A stretch of DNA of 64,000 bases from Squalus acanthias (lineage: Eukaryota). Numbering within the stretch: position 1 is the first letter of the stretch; the number at the start of each line of letters is the position of its first letter. Positions 25,415-37,409 of the stretch are shown here, one piece after another. The notes under the pieces were generated by a model. That model saw nothing but the letters and a program-made list of their open reading frames with translations, was not told where the DNA came from and searched no databases. The stretch covers positions 17,796,001 to 17,860,000 of the forward strand of contig CM059433.1 in assembly GCA_030390025.1 (NCBI GenBank), given 5' to 3'. The translations under genes were made by a program, and so were the position numbers.

Positions 25415-26882
25415 TTAAAGAGTGTGCAGGGATAGAGGGACCTGGGAGTTAATGTGCATAGGTCCCTGAAGGTGGCGGGACATATTGAGAGAGTGGTTAG
25501 CAAAGCATATGGGATCTTGGGCTTCATAAATAGAGGTATTGAGTACAAAAGTAGAGAAGTTATGCTGAATCTTTATAAAGTGCTGGTTAGGCCACAACTG
25601 GAGTATTGCGTCCAGTTCTGGTCACCACACTTTAGGAAGGATGTGAAGGCACTTGAGAGGGTGCAGAGGAGATTTACCAGAATGGTTCCGGGGATGGGGG
25701 ATCTTAGCTACAAGGACAGGCTGGAGAAGCTGGATTTGTTTTCATTTGAGCAAAATTATCTCCAACAAGCGAGAGTCTAACCACCTCCTCTTGACATTCA
25801 ACGGCATTACCATCGCCGAATCCCCCACCATTAATATCCTGGGGGTCACCATTGACCTGAAACTTAACTGGACCAGCCACATAAATAATGTGGCAACAAG
25901 AGCAGGTCAGAGGCTGGGTATTCTGCAGCAAGTGTCTCGCCTCCTGACTCCCCAAAGCCTTTCCACCATCTACAAGGCACAAGTAAGGAGTGTGATGGAA
26001 TACTCTCCACTTGACTGGATGAGTGCAGCGGCAACAACACTCAAGAAGCTCGACACCATCCAGGATAAAGCAGCCCGCTTGATTGCCAACCCATCCACCA
26101 CCTTAAACATTCACTCCCTCCACCGTGGCTGCAGTGTGTACCATCTACAAGATGCACTGTAGCAACTTGCCAAGGCTTCTTCGGCAGCACCTCCCAAACC
26201 CGTGACCTCTTCCACCGAGAAGGACAAGGGCAGCAGGCGCTTGGGAACACCACCACCTCCAAGTTCCCCTCCAAGTCACACACCATCCTGACTTAGAAGT
26301 ATATCGCCGTTCCTTCAGCGTCGCTGTGTCAAAATCCTGGAACTCCCTCCCTAACAGCACTGTGGGAGTACCTTCACCACACGGACTGCAGCGGTTCAAG
26401 AAGGCGGCTCACCACCACCTTCTCAAGGGCAACTAGGGATGGGCAATAAATCCTTGCCTTGCCAGCGACGCCCACATCCCAGGAACGAATAAAAAAAGAG
26501 GTTGCGGGGCGATTTGATAGAGGTGTACAAGATTATGACGGGTTTGGATAGGCTTGACGGGGAAAGGCTGTTCCAACTAGTTGATGGTACAAGGACTAGG
26601 GGACACAGATTTAAGGTTTTGGGCAAGAGATACAGGGGGGAATGTGAGGAAAAACTTCTTTACTCAGCGAGTGATGAGGACCTGGAACTCGCTGCCGACG
26701 GAAGTGGTGGAAGCGGAGACACTCAATGTTTTCAAGGGGAGACTGGATAGGCACTTGAGGGAAATAAACTTGCAGGGCTGCGGGGATAGAGCGGGGGAAT
26801 GGGACTGACTGGATTGCTCTGCAAAGAGCCGGCACGGACTCGATGGGCTGAATGGCCTCCTTCTGTGCCATTATGACTCTAT
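25415..26882 (+). mobile_element. Classical CR1 fragment interrupted by a family A LINE
   Basis: CR1 ORF2 breaks at ...LFSFEQ (about 25755) and resumes at RGDLIEVYKIM (about 26498). Confidence 0.88.
25757..26497 (+). mobile_element. LINE family A 3' fragment nested in CR1
   Basis: TFNGITIAESPTINILGVTID... followed by the family A 3' UTR and A-tail. Confidence 0.9.
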
Positions 26883-26970
26883 GGGGTGTGTATTAAAATT
26901 AATACATTATTATTTCTTGGGTTACTGGAAATGCTTAAAAGCATGACAGCGGTAATCGGCTTAAAAATAA

Positions 26971-28320
26971 TGGCCTTGAATTTCCTCGATGCCCGTTGCC
27001 TCATTGTTGCGCCAGAAAGTTACGCCATTCACCAGCAGAGGGAGCTACATGCAGATTTCCTGGGTACATTAATTTGCATGTGAAGTGTAATTGCATTCTA
27101 AAAGAGGTCAGGCCCCAGGAAATTTCAGTGCAGAAGCAGTGCAGCTTCTGTAAAGAAAGTCTTCATTCAATCTCTTGGAGACAGCCAAGGGAGGCTCCAG
27201 AGATTTTCTTTCCTCGATCTGGTTGCATTTTATCTGCTCAGGGCATCTTCCACCCTTCTATGAAGCGCCTTTTGCCAGAACCGTAAGCAGGCACAGGCCA
27301 GCTGTGCCCATGGGGCACCATGACAGGACGGGATCTCACCAAAGGGTTGCAAGAGGTAGAAAACAGGAGGGACTAACTCCTGGGTGACGCTGCACAGATC
27401 CCCTTCACGAAGAAGGTCATGTAGATGTGCAGTGGCACCCTTGGACAATAGCACTCTTTGAGCACGTAGCTCCCCTGAGGTCCTACAAGGACCTTTGCTG
27501 CCTATAGACATACCTTAGAGGCTAATACCAGGTGGGATGGTTCTTTGGACATTCTGCCTTATTCTCCTCTATGCACAGCTGTTCCTCCTCCTCCTCCTCC
27601 CCTATAAGGATTGAAAAGAGAGGTATGCCCGTGGGGAATGCCATACCTTCTCCAGGGTCGTTCTGAATATATGGGGGATCGAGAAGGGTGTCTGGGGTGA
27701 CTACAGTGCTGTGGGGGGTTGGTGGGGGGGGGCTCTGGGGAGACTGCAGTGATCTCGGGGGGGCTCTGGGGAGACTGCAGTGATCTCGGGGGAGGGTCGG
27801 GGAGACGGCAGTGATCTCGGGGGAGGGTCTGGGGAGACTGCAGTGATCTCGGGGGAGGGTTCTGGGATGACCGCAGTGCTGTGGGGGGGGGGGGTTGGGG
27901 GTGTTTGGGGAGATCGTAGTGCTGTGGGGGGGGGGGGGGGGGTTTGGGGAGACCGTAGTGCTGTGTGGAGGGGAGGGGGGGGGGGGAGATTTTTGAGCAA
28001 GAGAGGTTGATTGGCAGTTATTAACAATTATCACATTGTTAAAAGGGTAATTACGCTGTTAATTACTAGACTTAACTTTCCGTGCCAAGTTAAACAGGCA
28101 ATTAATGTGCAAATGCAGAAACTTCATGAAAATCAGGGGAGCTTCGGTGCGAGATGCTGTTTTCGTGAGGCTAACGGCGGAGTGGCACAAGCCGTCCGGC
28201 AACTTGTGGCGATTCATAATTCATGGGGTAGCTCTTCCTCACAACATGTTGTTGGCCGACTTGCACATTAATAACGGCGTGCGTCGTTTAGACGCCGTTA
28301 TTTCTTCAGCAATCTGGGCC
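26971..28320. mobile_element. Harbinger-type non-autonomous element containing a minisatellite
   Basis: Termini GGCCTTGAATTTCC / GCAATCTGGGCC. The 3' part is homologous to 45205-45470. Confidence 0.55.
27685..27990 (+). repeat. G-rich minisatellite, unit of about 32-33 bp
   Basis: Repeats of GGGGAGACTGCAGTGATCTCGGGGGAGGGTCT and variants. Confidence 0.85.
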
Positions 28321-28364
28321 ATTGATTCTGCCTCTATATGTTTATCATTAATATCAAATTAGTG

Positions 28365-28610
28365 ATGTTTTGTTGAGGAATGAATTTTGCCCAGGACACC
28401 GGGAGACCTCCCCTGCGCTTCTTCAAAAAGGGCCATGGGATCTTTTACGTCCACCTGCGAGGGGCAGACGGGGCCTTGATTTAACGTCTCATCCGAGTGA
28501 GCAAAGTGTCAGTCTGGATAATGGGGTCAAATCTCTGGAGAGGGGTTTGAACCCACGACCTTCTGACGCAGCAGGCGAGAGCGCTGCCCACTGAGCCAAG
28601 GCAGACACAG
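28365..28610 (-). mobile_element. DeuSINE (SacSINE1-like) partial
   Basis: GCCATGGGATCTTTTACGTCCACCTG, the reverse complement of the Deu core. Confidence 0.75.
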
Positions 28611-28792
28611 CAGGTCTTTCATGCATTAAAGATCTATGGAAGTTGGCTACGGGCGGATAGTAGGGGGGAAGGATAATTAGATATTGAGAAGGGGGCATCA
28701 GTAGGGGATAAGGTTTAAACTGAAGATCAGATTTTTGTATAAATGTTTCAGTGAATTCTGTACTTTATTAAATAATTCAAAGCAGAAACAAC

Positions 28793-29677
28793 GGGCTAGA
28801 TTTTCGTGGTGCACATTGAGCGGGCAGTGGGTAGATTGATCGGGATGGACCAGCGAGAGGCCCGAATCATTTTGATGGCTGGGCCTAATTTATATCTGGC
28901 AGGCAAACTGCCCATGTATTTCCAGTGCTGGTTGGCAGCTCGCCGACTGGTGGCGGGGGGGGAATGGGGGATGGTTGGTAAATCCAGTGGCTCCTCTGCA
29001 GGACTGAGCCAGCTGGCCCATTTAATGGGGAGGTCCATGCATATGCGGGGTTGGGGCTGGGGGGTTGTGGAATCAGGCAAGAAGATCTTCGTAGTGCTTC
29101 TCCTGGCCCCACAAAAATTCTAAAAACAACTCAACTGACGTAAGAAAACTTTAAACAAAGCTTTAATCAACTGTTTTTTCAACATGGAGATCTAGTTGTG
29201 TCCTTCACTAGTTCCTGTTAAGGAATGTCCTGAGCAAGCTGGGCCCGTGCCCGAGTATTTATACTCTCCCTGGACAGCGCCACCAGCAGGCCGCCCAGTA
29301 TTACTTCATAAGTCATTTCCACATGAATGACGAGATTCATGTCATCAACTGCAACTGTTTAGGAGCAGCTTTCAGGAAACCCTTGAAGGACCACTAGTTA
29401 GGCCGCTCTATGTAGAGTTCCATTGAACGGGGCTTGCACGGCGTGTGCGCTGCCCACTGGAACTCTAAAATAGCATCAGGGTTCTATGTACATCAGAGCA
29501 CTCCAATTTACATAAATTGAGGAGCCTCAGCTGCCTATTTTCCAGCCCAGACCAAAATGGGAGCGGGACAGATGTCGGCAGCAACCGGGCGGTTAGTACT
29601 TTTTAACTTTTTTTTTTACTCGCTACCACCCTTTCCGGCCAATAAAACGGAGCCGTGCAGGGATCAGAATCAGCCCC
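28793..29677. mobile_element. Harbinger-type MITE (diverged)
   Basis: Termini GGGCTAGATTTT / AGAATCAGCCCC. Confidence 0.5.
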
Positions 29678-29809
29678 AAAGTTACAGGATTTTTAATGTT
29701 TTGTTTCGAAAATAATATTGGAAATGAGAAAATGAGCCTTTAAGGGAATGATTTGGTGTGGCAAAGTGTCTAGTGCTATGAAAATTCCGAGGGAGTGTCG
29801 AACACGATG

Positions 29810-30062
29810 GCGGCCGAACCTTCAGCTGCCTAGGCCCTGAGCTCGGGAACTCCCTCTCTAAATCTCTCGCCTCTCCACCTTTCTCTCTCTCCTCTTCTAA
29901 GATGCTCCTTAAAACCTACCTCGTGGTACAAGCTTTTGGTCACCTGTCCTAATATCTCCTTCTTTGGCGCGGTGTCAGTTTTTGTCTGCTTACGCTCCTG
30001 TGAAGCGCCTTGGGACGTTTTACTATGTTAAAGGCGCTGTATAAATACAAGTTGTTGTTGTT
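29810..30062 (+). mobile_element. L2 LINE 3' end
   Basis: CCTTCAGCTGCCTAGGCCCT...AAGGCGCTGTATAAATACAAG followed by (TTG)n. Confidence 0.8.
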
Positions 30063-30676
30063 GCTATTGATGGTCGCAGAGTTTTGTTTTTTGAACTTTC
30101 AAAAGCTGCGACCCATCAATATGGCCCCATGAAGTTTTTATGTTGCAGAATGATAAACCTCTTCAACAAAACTGCAATATACCGTCAAGTGTGTAATTTG
30201 TTTACATCAGCAATTTCTTGCTTGCAATCAGGAATCCCCAATGATTGTGCCCATAGAGCCGCCTCACCAGTGATCCAATGCACTGAAGTGATAAAGCAGA
30301 CAGCTGCAGCATTTCATTGATTACACAGAAGTGCATACAGGGTGTTGTAGCTTGGGGTATACCAGAGGCTCATCCTCTCCAGAATGCATTTAAATTGAAA
30401 ATAAATACAGCTTTGTGCAGCTGAACGGTTATCAGGTGTCCAGTGGTGGTGACTCAAGTTCCTTTTCACAGCTGTCATTGGCATAGACCAGAGGTTCCCA
30501 AACTGGGGGGGTGACAAGGATATCGGAGGGGGGGGGGGGGGGGGGATTGAAAATTGGCGCGAGGCGGACAGGCTGGCCAAGAGGGTCACCAATGCAAGTT
30601 CGCATAGCCAGAGGAGTCTGAACTCCTTTGAATTTAAAATAAATTGAGCAAATTTAAGTTTCAAGTTTATATACCG

Positions 30677-30843
30677 AATCCTGGAATTCCCTCCCTAACA
30701 GCACTGTGGGAGTACCTTCACCACATGGACTGCAGCAGTTCAAGAAGGTGGCTCACCACCACCTTCTCAAGGGCAATTAAGGATGGGCAATAAATGCTGG
30801 GCTTGCCAGCGACACCCACATCCCAGGAACGAATAATAAAAAA
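30677..30843 (+). mobile_element. LINE family A 3' tip inside the hAT element
   Basis: Family A 3' UTR and A-tail. Confidence 0.85.
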
Positions 30844-32296
30844 GCCTTGCACGGGGTGATCTCATAGTGAATGTTTGAATTGGTTACTGTACACCAAAAG
30901 CAGCCCTGATTGGTGGAACTTCCACTTTTAGAAATCAGCTGGAATTCAAACATCTCGCGTTCTTTGAATTTAAAGTTACATTTGCTCAGGTTCTTTAAAA
31001 TTTAAAGAAACTTGAACTTTTGATTGCCAGTCGACCAGAGTAAAGCAGGAAGGTGGGGGGGCGAGGCTCCTTCGGTGGCAGCTGCAATCACCCACCAGCT
31101 CACCAGTGGCTTTCCACAGTATTCGAGTTTGCTACCAGTCCAGATGATCTTTGTCTGATCTGATATCTGCACTGATTCGCCATTTCAAATGAAAGTGTTG
31201 CGAGCTCCCGCGCACTATATAACTGATGTGACTGTGACGTTTGGTCTTTGATAATTGTGCTGAAGTTCTTACTCAAGATAGCTTGAAGCCATGCCAAAGT
31301 AAAATGCCACTTCGAGACCAAACATTCAAAGATAAACCACAAGATTTTTTTTCGAACGAAAGCTCTTTCGTCTGAAAGAACGGATGAAGTTAATGGAAGC
31401 AGTTGGATGGCTGTCTCATGGTAGAGATTTGGCAAAAATCTGTGCGATCAGGGAGGAGTGCTGCACTCTGAATCACGTCACCATCATTTCTCAACCAGTG
31501 CTTCCAGCTTTTAGTTTTTTGGCGGGCATATTTGACAGGCTCAATGACTTTGAAAGGTAAGCACTGTTACGTTTTCATCATGCATGAAAAAATACAGAGC
31601 TTTGCCCAAAAAACACTTTTGCTATTGATTAGTAGCTATGTTCTGCAATGACAATGTAACTATGACATTGTCTTCTGTTATTATGGACTGTGAAATGTTG
31701 GTCCTAGAAGTTAAAGGTGTAATTCCGGAGCATTTGTCTCAGTTTTGCACAAAATTTCCTGAAAGAGACACAAATGAATTGCAAGATTTTGCCTGGCTTC
31801 GAAATCCGTTGCCAGAGCACTTCATAGCAAAGGCCAAGAATGCTGTGGGTCTAAAAGAAAATTCAATCGACGGTGCTCCTCACTCTGTTTTGAGAGACAG
31901 TTTTAAAGTCATGTCTCTTGCTCAGTTCTGGCTCTCAATTCAGAGTTCCCCGAGTTGTCCCAAAGAGCTGTTGAAATGCTCGACCATTTTGCTTCACCGT
32001 ATCTGCGTGAGGTGAGATTTTCTTCACTTCTTTGCATCGAAAACAAGTATGGAAGCCGCTGAATCAATTTGTGATTGAAACGGTCCAAAATCAAACCGAT
32101 TCCACAAATTATGGGCCAGCAAACAGGCTCATCCTACACTCACTGAGATAGGGGTGAGTCATCAAGTATACTTTCAGGTTCAAGCTTATCCAGTTGTGTA
32201 GTACTGGTATTGTAGCTATTTATGTTGCTTTCTGTCTTAAGCAATATGTTATATTAGTGGAGAAAATAAAATCCTCTAGTTCTATGCAAAAATACA

Positions 32297-33238
32297 GGGG
32301 TGGAAATGGTCTTCAGCATTAGTGAGGAACGGGTTTATAAGCGAATCAGCAGCCCTTCTTACACCGTGCCTGAACATTGACTTCAATGGAAAAGGAAACC
32401 GGGCGGAGCGTGAAACGGGCTGCCGAGTTATTGGCCCAGAAATTAAACATGGATGGTTCCCGCGGGGGTAAGGATTCCCCGCGATATCGCACTCCACACC
32501 TACCTTTTTGCTCCGGGCCCACACGAACTTTAGTTTCAAAGGCTCTCTCTGTTGGAACCGTGCAGTGCTTGCGTGACTCAGAGGCGCAATTAGTTCGTGT
32601 GAGCACTGGGATCACGTGATTCAGTTAGAGCCAATGGCAGCACACCATCTTTCATTCATAGTTTTGACGGCAAGAGCTGTCAAAGCTATGAATACTACAA
32701 ACCCCCAAAAGAACAGCTAAACCTCAATTAAATTTAAAAAAAGCCATCACATTAATAAAATAAGTATAGTTAAATAAATTAACCACTTTAAACAAAAAAT
32801 TAAATTTTTGAAAAAATTTAAAATCTTTTTAAAAGTTATAAAAATAAACTTACCTTTCTTTAAAGTCTCTAAAAAAGATAAACCTGTTGAAAAAAATTTA
32901 AAATAACACTTAATTAACTACTTATCTTGTTAAAAGGGGGTCCTACGCCTGCTTTCTTTGTGTGTAAAATCTTCACCACTACCTGCGCGTTCAAAGCTGA
33001 AAAAAAAACTAAGTGCACTGCGTGCGCACAACCTGTAGCACGCACGCGGTTCACTTAGGAACCGCCCCCTTTTCAATTCACGAAGTGCCGGTTTCCCGCG
33101 CATGCGCAGTGCATGCGGGAAACCGGCAATTCGGGATCTAATACGCGAGAGTACACAGTGCGTACTCTCGCGTATTAGGTTTAATTTTCGGGCCATTATC
33201 GGCCCTTTTGCGCTACTGGCGAAGTCTCATTTCACCCC
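32297..33238. mobile_element. MITE nested in the hAT element, internally related to 9085-9836
   Basis: Termini GGGGTGGAAATG / CATTTCACCCC. Shares GGGATCACGTG and GAAGTGCCGGTTT...GCGCATGCGC blocks with 9085-9836. Confidence 0.65.
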
Positions 33239-33580
33239 TACTGTTTCTTAAAAAGAGGGGGCTGCACACGGGGTGTGAATCTCCAAAGGCGGGATCGCCA
33301 AAAAATAAAGTTTGTGAACTTCTGACATAGACAGTCGTTTTGAGATCTCCCGTACACTGGGAATAAAAACTGTTGATCAATTAAATCTGCGAGTATCACT
33401 TTCACTGTACTTTGGCATACTTCGATAATTAACATTGTGGGGAACATGTGGCAGTGTCACCTTGACATTCTAAGTAAAGTTTCATGTTAAACTGTGCTTC
33501 TTTTAAGAATATGATATTTTCCCCACCAACCACTTTCCCAGTGTCTTCACCTAAAAGCGTCTCACTGCCCCAAATCTTCC

Positions 33581-34000
33581 CAAGTCGTTGGCTTGTTCAC
33601 AGATGGGATTGCCAGTTTTAAAAAAAAGTTAAAAGCTTAACCATACAGACTGCAGCATTTGACACGCTGGACCCCCTGTGACCCCACCTCATTGTCTTAG
33701 CTGTATTTTGCTGTGTCTTTGATGTAATGCCTTCCCGACTGGCCTGATTGTCTCTCTGCCGAGGTGTGATGGAGGGCAGTCAGAGAGATTTACTGTAGTC
33801 GTCTGACATTGTACGCTACACAGGCATTGTTCTCTGTCTATATATGCTTTGCTGATTTGTATTCCTTCACTTCACCTGACGAAGGAGCAGCAGCTCCGAA
33901 AGCTCGTGATTTCAAATAAAACTGTTGGACTATAACCTGGTGTTGTGCGACTTCTCATTTTTGTCCACCCCAGTCCAACACCGGCATCTCCGCATCATGG
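33581..34000 (+). mobile_element. Short Penelope-derived insertion with hammerhead motif
   Basis: TSD CCAAATCTTCC at 33570-33580 and 34001-34011. The 3' 130 bp is shared with the 55282 and 57339 copies. Confidence 0.75.
33872..33909 (+). ncRNA. Minimal type I hammerhead ribozyme motif
   Basis: TCAC-CTGACGA-A-GGAGC-agca-GCTCC-GAAA-GC-TC-GTGA: stem I TCAC/GTGA, CUGANGA core, stem II, GAAA, palindromic AGCU stem III, CUC cleavage triplet. Confidence 0.7.
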
Positions 34001-34250
34001 CCAAATCTTCCGACAGCGGAGATAACTCAGGACTGCAGATGAATCCCCAGTTACTGATGCTTTTTTGTGCTTACCTGGCAGTAAGCCATGGGCGTGCTGA
34101 GTGACAACCTGTTTCTCCATCCTTACGTAGTAAAGACACCTCACTGCAATGTAGGTGCTCTAATCAGTTACTGGGCTCAGAACTAATGAAGCACCCAACA
34201 ACACTCACTCGCATGGTTGAGTTTATAAGCTGCTTGAGCAGAACTTATCC

Positions 34251-34912
34251 GTTGAGGGATGTGTATGCAATGTCGGGGATGGCACCAGGGCCACTGATGT
34301 ACAGTCATTAAATCAAATACAAGGCACAAAAAATTCAGACATATTGTGGATCAGTAATTAAAGTGAAATTTGCAATGACGGCTTAATAGTCCCCCTGGCC
34401 TAGCTTTTTGAAACCTTTGACTTCTGGCTTTTGTTGTCAGCTTGTTTTTAAAATTCACGTCGTGAATGACTGTGCATTGTCAATGGACAAAATCAAAGAG
34501 AAACAGAATCAAAAAGCATAAAACATCCTGAGAAACCTTACCTTCAAGAAGTGCCTCTGTAATACTCTGGGGCTTCCAGTGCTTTGGAAACTGCTTCAGT
34601 TACATTATTTGTGAGCCATGTTTTGAAACTGTATTTCTGGCTGCCAAACGTTCCCCAATATATAGCTGTTATCCTGTTTCTCCCTCCTTCCCTCAATGGA
34701 ACTCACTGCCATGTAGGTGATTCATCAACTGCCCAGCTCACAGCTAATGAAAAGCCCCAGCAACATTAAATGCGCAGTTTTAGATGAACTATTATTTTTT
34801 GGATGGATTGCAGGTAGATCTCTTGTGGTGGGCAATGATTCATTGTTGAGGGATGTGTATGCAATGTCAGGGATAGCACCAGGACCACTGATGTACAGTC
34901 ATTAAATCAAAT
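34251..34912 (+). repeat. 68-bp dispersed direct repeat (34251-34318 and 34845-34912)
   Basis: GTTGAGGGATGTGTATGCAATGTC...CAGTCATTAAATCAAAT occurs twice with 3 G/A differences. Confidence 0.9.
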
Positions 34913-34984
34913 GCCATTTAAAAAAAATGTAATCTGGGATTTATACTGCTGCTTTGTAAAATAGATTGTACAACTCTGTCCATT

Positions 34985-35420
34985 ATTAGACTTGAGACTC
35001 GACTATTCCAGTGGTCTCCTGGCCGGTCTCCCATACTCCACCCTCCGTAAACATCAGCTCATCCAAAACTCTACTGTGTCCTATCCTACACCAAGTCCTG
35101 CTCACCTTCACCTCTGTCCTTGCTGACCTACAGTGGCTTCTGGTGTCCCAACACCTCTAATTTAAAATTCTCATCTCTTTAAGTCCCTCCATGCCTTCAA
35201 GCCACCAAGCCCAAAGCTCTGGAATTCCCTCCCTTAAATCTTCCTACTCTCCACCTCCCTCTCCTCCTTTAAGATGCTCCTTAAAACCCACCTCTTTCAC
35301 CACCCCTCCTAATAGCTCTTTCCTTGGCTTGAGGTCCATTTCTTTGATTACGCCTTTGTGAAGTGCTTTAGGACTTTTTTTATGTTAAAGGTGCGATGTA
35401 AATGCAAGCTGTTTTTGTTG
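34985..35420 (+). mobile_element. L2 LINE 3' fragment (old)
   Basis: AGACTCGACTATTCCA...CTCATCCAAAACTCT...CCTTGCTGACCTACA, homologous to 36012-36975. Confidence 0.75.
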
Positions 35421-35574
35421 CTGTATTAATCTGTGAAAACTATAAATGAGTAGTCTTTATATTTTATACATTCCTTTACCTATGTAATTAATTTTAATCC
35501 TTTACCATTTTTAAAGCTGAAAATACACAGCAAGTTAGAAACAAATTGGAGGTAGATATAACTAGTACTTAGGA

Positions 35575-35985
35575 TTATAGAACCATAGCATGATACAGCA
35601 CAGAAGGAGGCCATTCAGCCCATCGTGCCTGTGCCGGCTCTTTGAAAGAGCTCTCCAATTAGTCCCACTCCCTGCTCTTTCCCCATAGCCCTGCAAATTT
35701 TTCCACTTCAAGTATTTATCCAATTCCCTTTTGAACGTTAGTATTGAATCTGCTTCCACCACTCTATCAGGCAGTGCATTCCAGATCATCATAACTCGCT
35801 GCGTGAAAAAAATTCTCCTCACCTCGCCTCTGGTTCTTTTGCAAATTACTTTAAATCTGTGTCCTCTGGTTATCAACCATTCTGCCACTGGAAACAGTTT
35901 CACCTTATTTACTCTATCAAAACCCTTCATAATTTTGAACACCTCTATCAAATCTCCCCTTAACCTTTTCTTCTCTAAGGAGAGC
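35575..35985 (-). mobile_element. Classical CR1 3' fragment
   Basis: IEVFKIMKGFDRV...FFTQRVMMIWNALP. Confidence 0.88.
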
Positions 35986-36011
35986 AGTACTAGGGAGGAG
36001 AAACTGTCTTT

Positions 36012-36975
36012 ACAACAACAACAACTTGTATTTATATAGCGCTTTTAACGTAGTAAAATGTCCCAAGGTGCTTCACAGGAGTATTAAAAGACAAAAAATT
36101 TGACACCATTCCACATAAGGATAAATTAGGGCAGGTGACCAAAAGCTTGGTCACAGAGGTAGGTTTTAAGGAGCGTTTTAAAGAAGGAAAGAGAGGTAGC
36201 GAGACGGAGAGGTTTAGGCAGGGAATTCCAGAGCTTAGGGCCTAGACAACAGAAGGCACGGCCACCAATAGTTGAGCAATTAAAATCAGGGATGCTCAAG
36301 AGGGCAGAATTAGAGGAGCGCAGATATCTCGGGGGGTTGTGGGGCTGAAGGAGATTACAAAGATAGGGAGGGGCGAGGCCATGGAGGGATTTGAAAACAA
36401 GGATGAGAATTCTGAAATTGAGGCGTTGCTTAACGGGGAGCCAATGCAGGTCAGCGAGCACAGGGGTGATGTGTGAACGGGACTTGGTACGAGTTAGGAC
36501 TTGGGCAGCTGAGTTTTGGATGACCTCAAGTTTACGTAGGGTAGAACGTGGGAGGCCAGCCAGGAGTGTGTTGGAATAGTCAAGTCCAGAGGTAATAAAG
36601 GCATGGATGAGGGTTTCAGCAGCGGATGAGCTGAGGCAAGGGCGGAGACGGGCGATGTAATGGAGGTGGAAATAGGCGGTCTTTGTTATGCTGCGGATAT
36701 GTGGTCGGAAGCTCATTTCAGGGTCAAATATGGCACCGAGGTTGCGAACGGTGTGGTTCAGCCTCAGACAGATGTTAGGGAGAGAGATGGAGTCAGTGAC
36801 TAGGGAACGGAGTTTGTGGCGGGGACCGAAAACAATGGCTTCGGTCTTCCCAGTATTTAATTGGAGAAAATTTCTGCTCATCCAGCACTGGATGTCGGAC
36901 AAGCAGTCTGACAATTTAGAGACCATGAGGGGTCGAGAGAAGTGGTGGTGAGGTAGAGCTGGGTGTCAGCGTACA
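36012..36975 (-). mobile_element. L2 LINE ORF2 3' portion
   Basis: ORF 36126-36926: WMSRNFLQLNTGKTE...LIHAFITSGLDYSN...HITPVLADLHWLPV. YADDTQLY-like motif upstream and (TTG)n tail. Confidence 0.92.
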
Positions 36976-37409
36976 TGTACAGTTTAGATGCACTTGGGGG
37001 GGGACAGTCCAGTACTTTGGTAGTGATGGGGCAATCCTGGAGTTTGGTAGCACTCGGGAATGATCCTAGGATGTGACAGAACTGGGACTGGTGGAATTTG
37101 GCAACATGGAGGCAAAGGGATCTCTGATCCCTGCGGAGGGAAAACTGGGGTTTTGCACAATTGGGGTTGAATGTGAGATTTGGCTCCCTGGTGGAGTCCT
37201 GGGAAGAAAGGTCAGGGATGGACCTGACGGCATTGGTTAGAGGGAGATCCGAACAGCACTGGTTTGTGACCTTATAAAGAGTTCTCTGTACATTGAATTT
37301 GATGTTTTGTATATATCTCACACACACAGTAAGAAAATGTAATTACTATCAACAATTATAGGTATTCAAAAGTCAACTTGTTTGCTTTTAATTTGAAAAA
37401 AGAAACAAA

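Larger units (their letters stand above)
30489..33324 (+). mobile_element. Decayed hAT transposon (Buster/Charlie-like) with nested insertions
   Basis: TIRs CAGAGGTTCCCAAACT / AGTTTGTGAACTTCTG. TSD GCATAGAC / ACATAGAC (7/8 match, central TA). Transposase relic at about 31450-32150: KFPE...WLRNP...SLAQFWL, then in another frame FASPYLREVRFSSL. Confidence 0.8.

Noticed and set aside
27730..27870. CRISPR-like repeat array
   Set aside because: Tandem units without unique spacers, in a vertebrate context with no cas genes.
31638..32015. ZBED/SCAND3-like domesticated transposase gene
   Set aside because: Multiple stops and frameshifts. TIRs and TSD are still present, so it is a fossil transposon.
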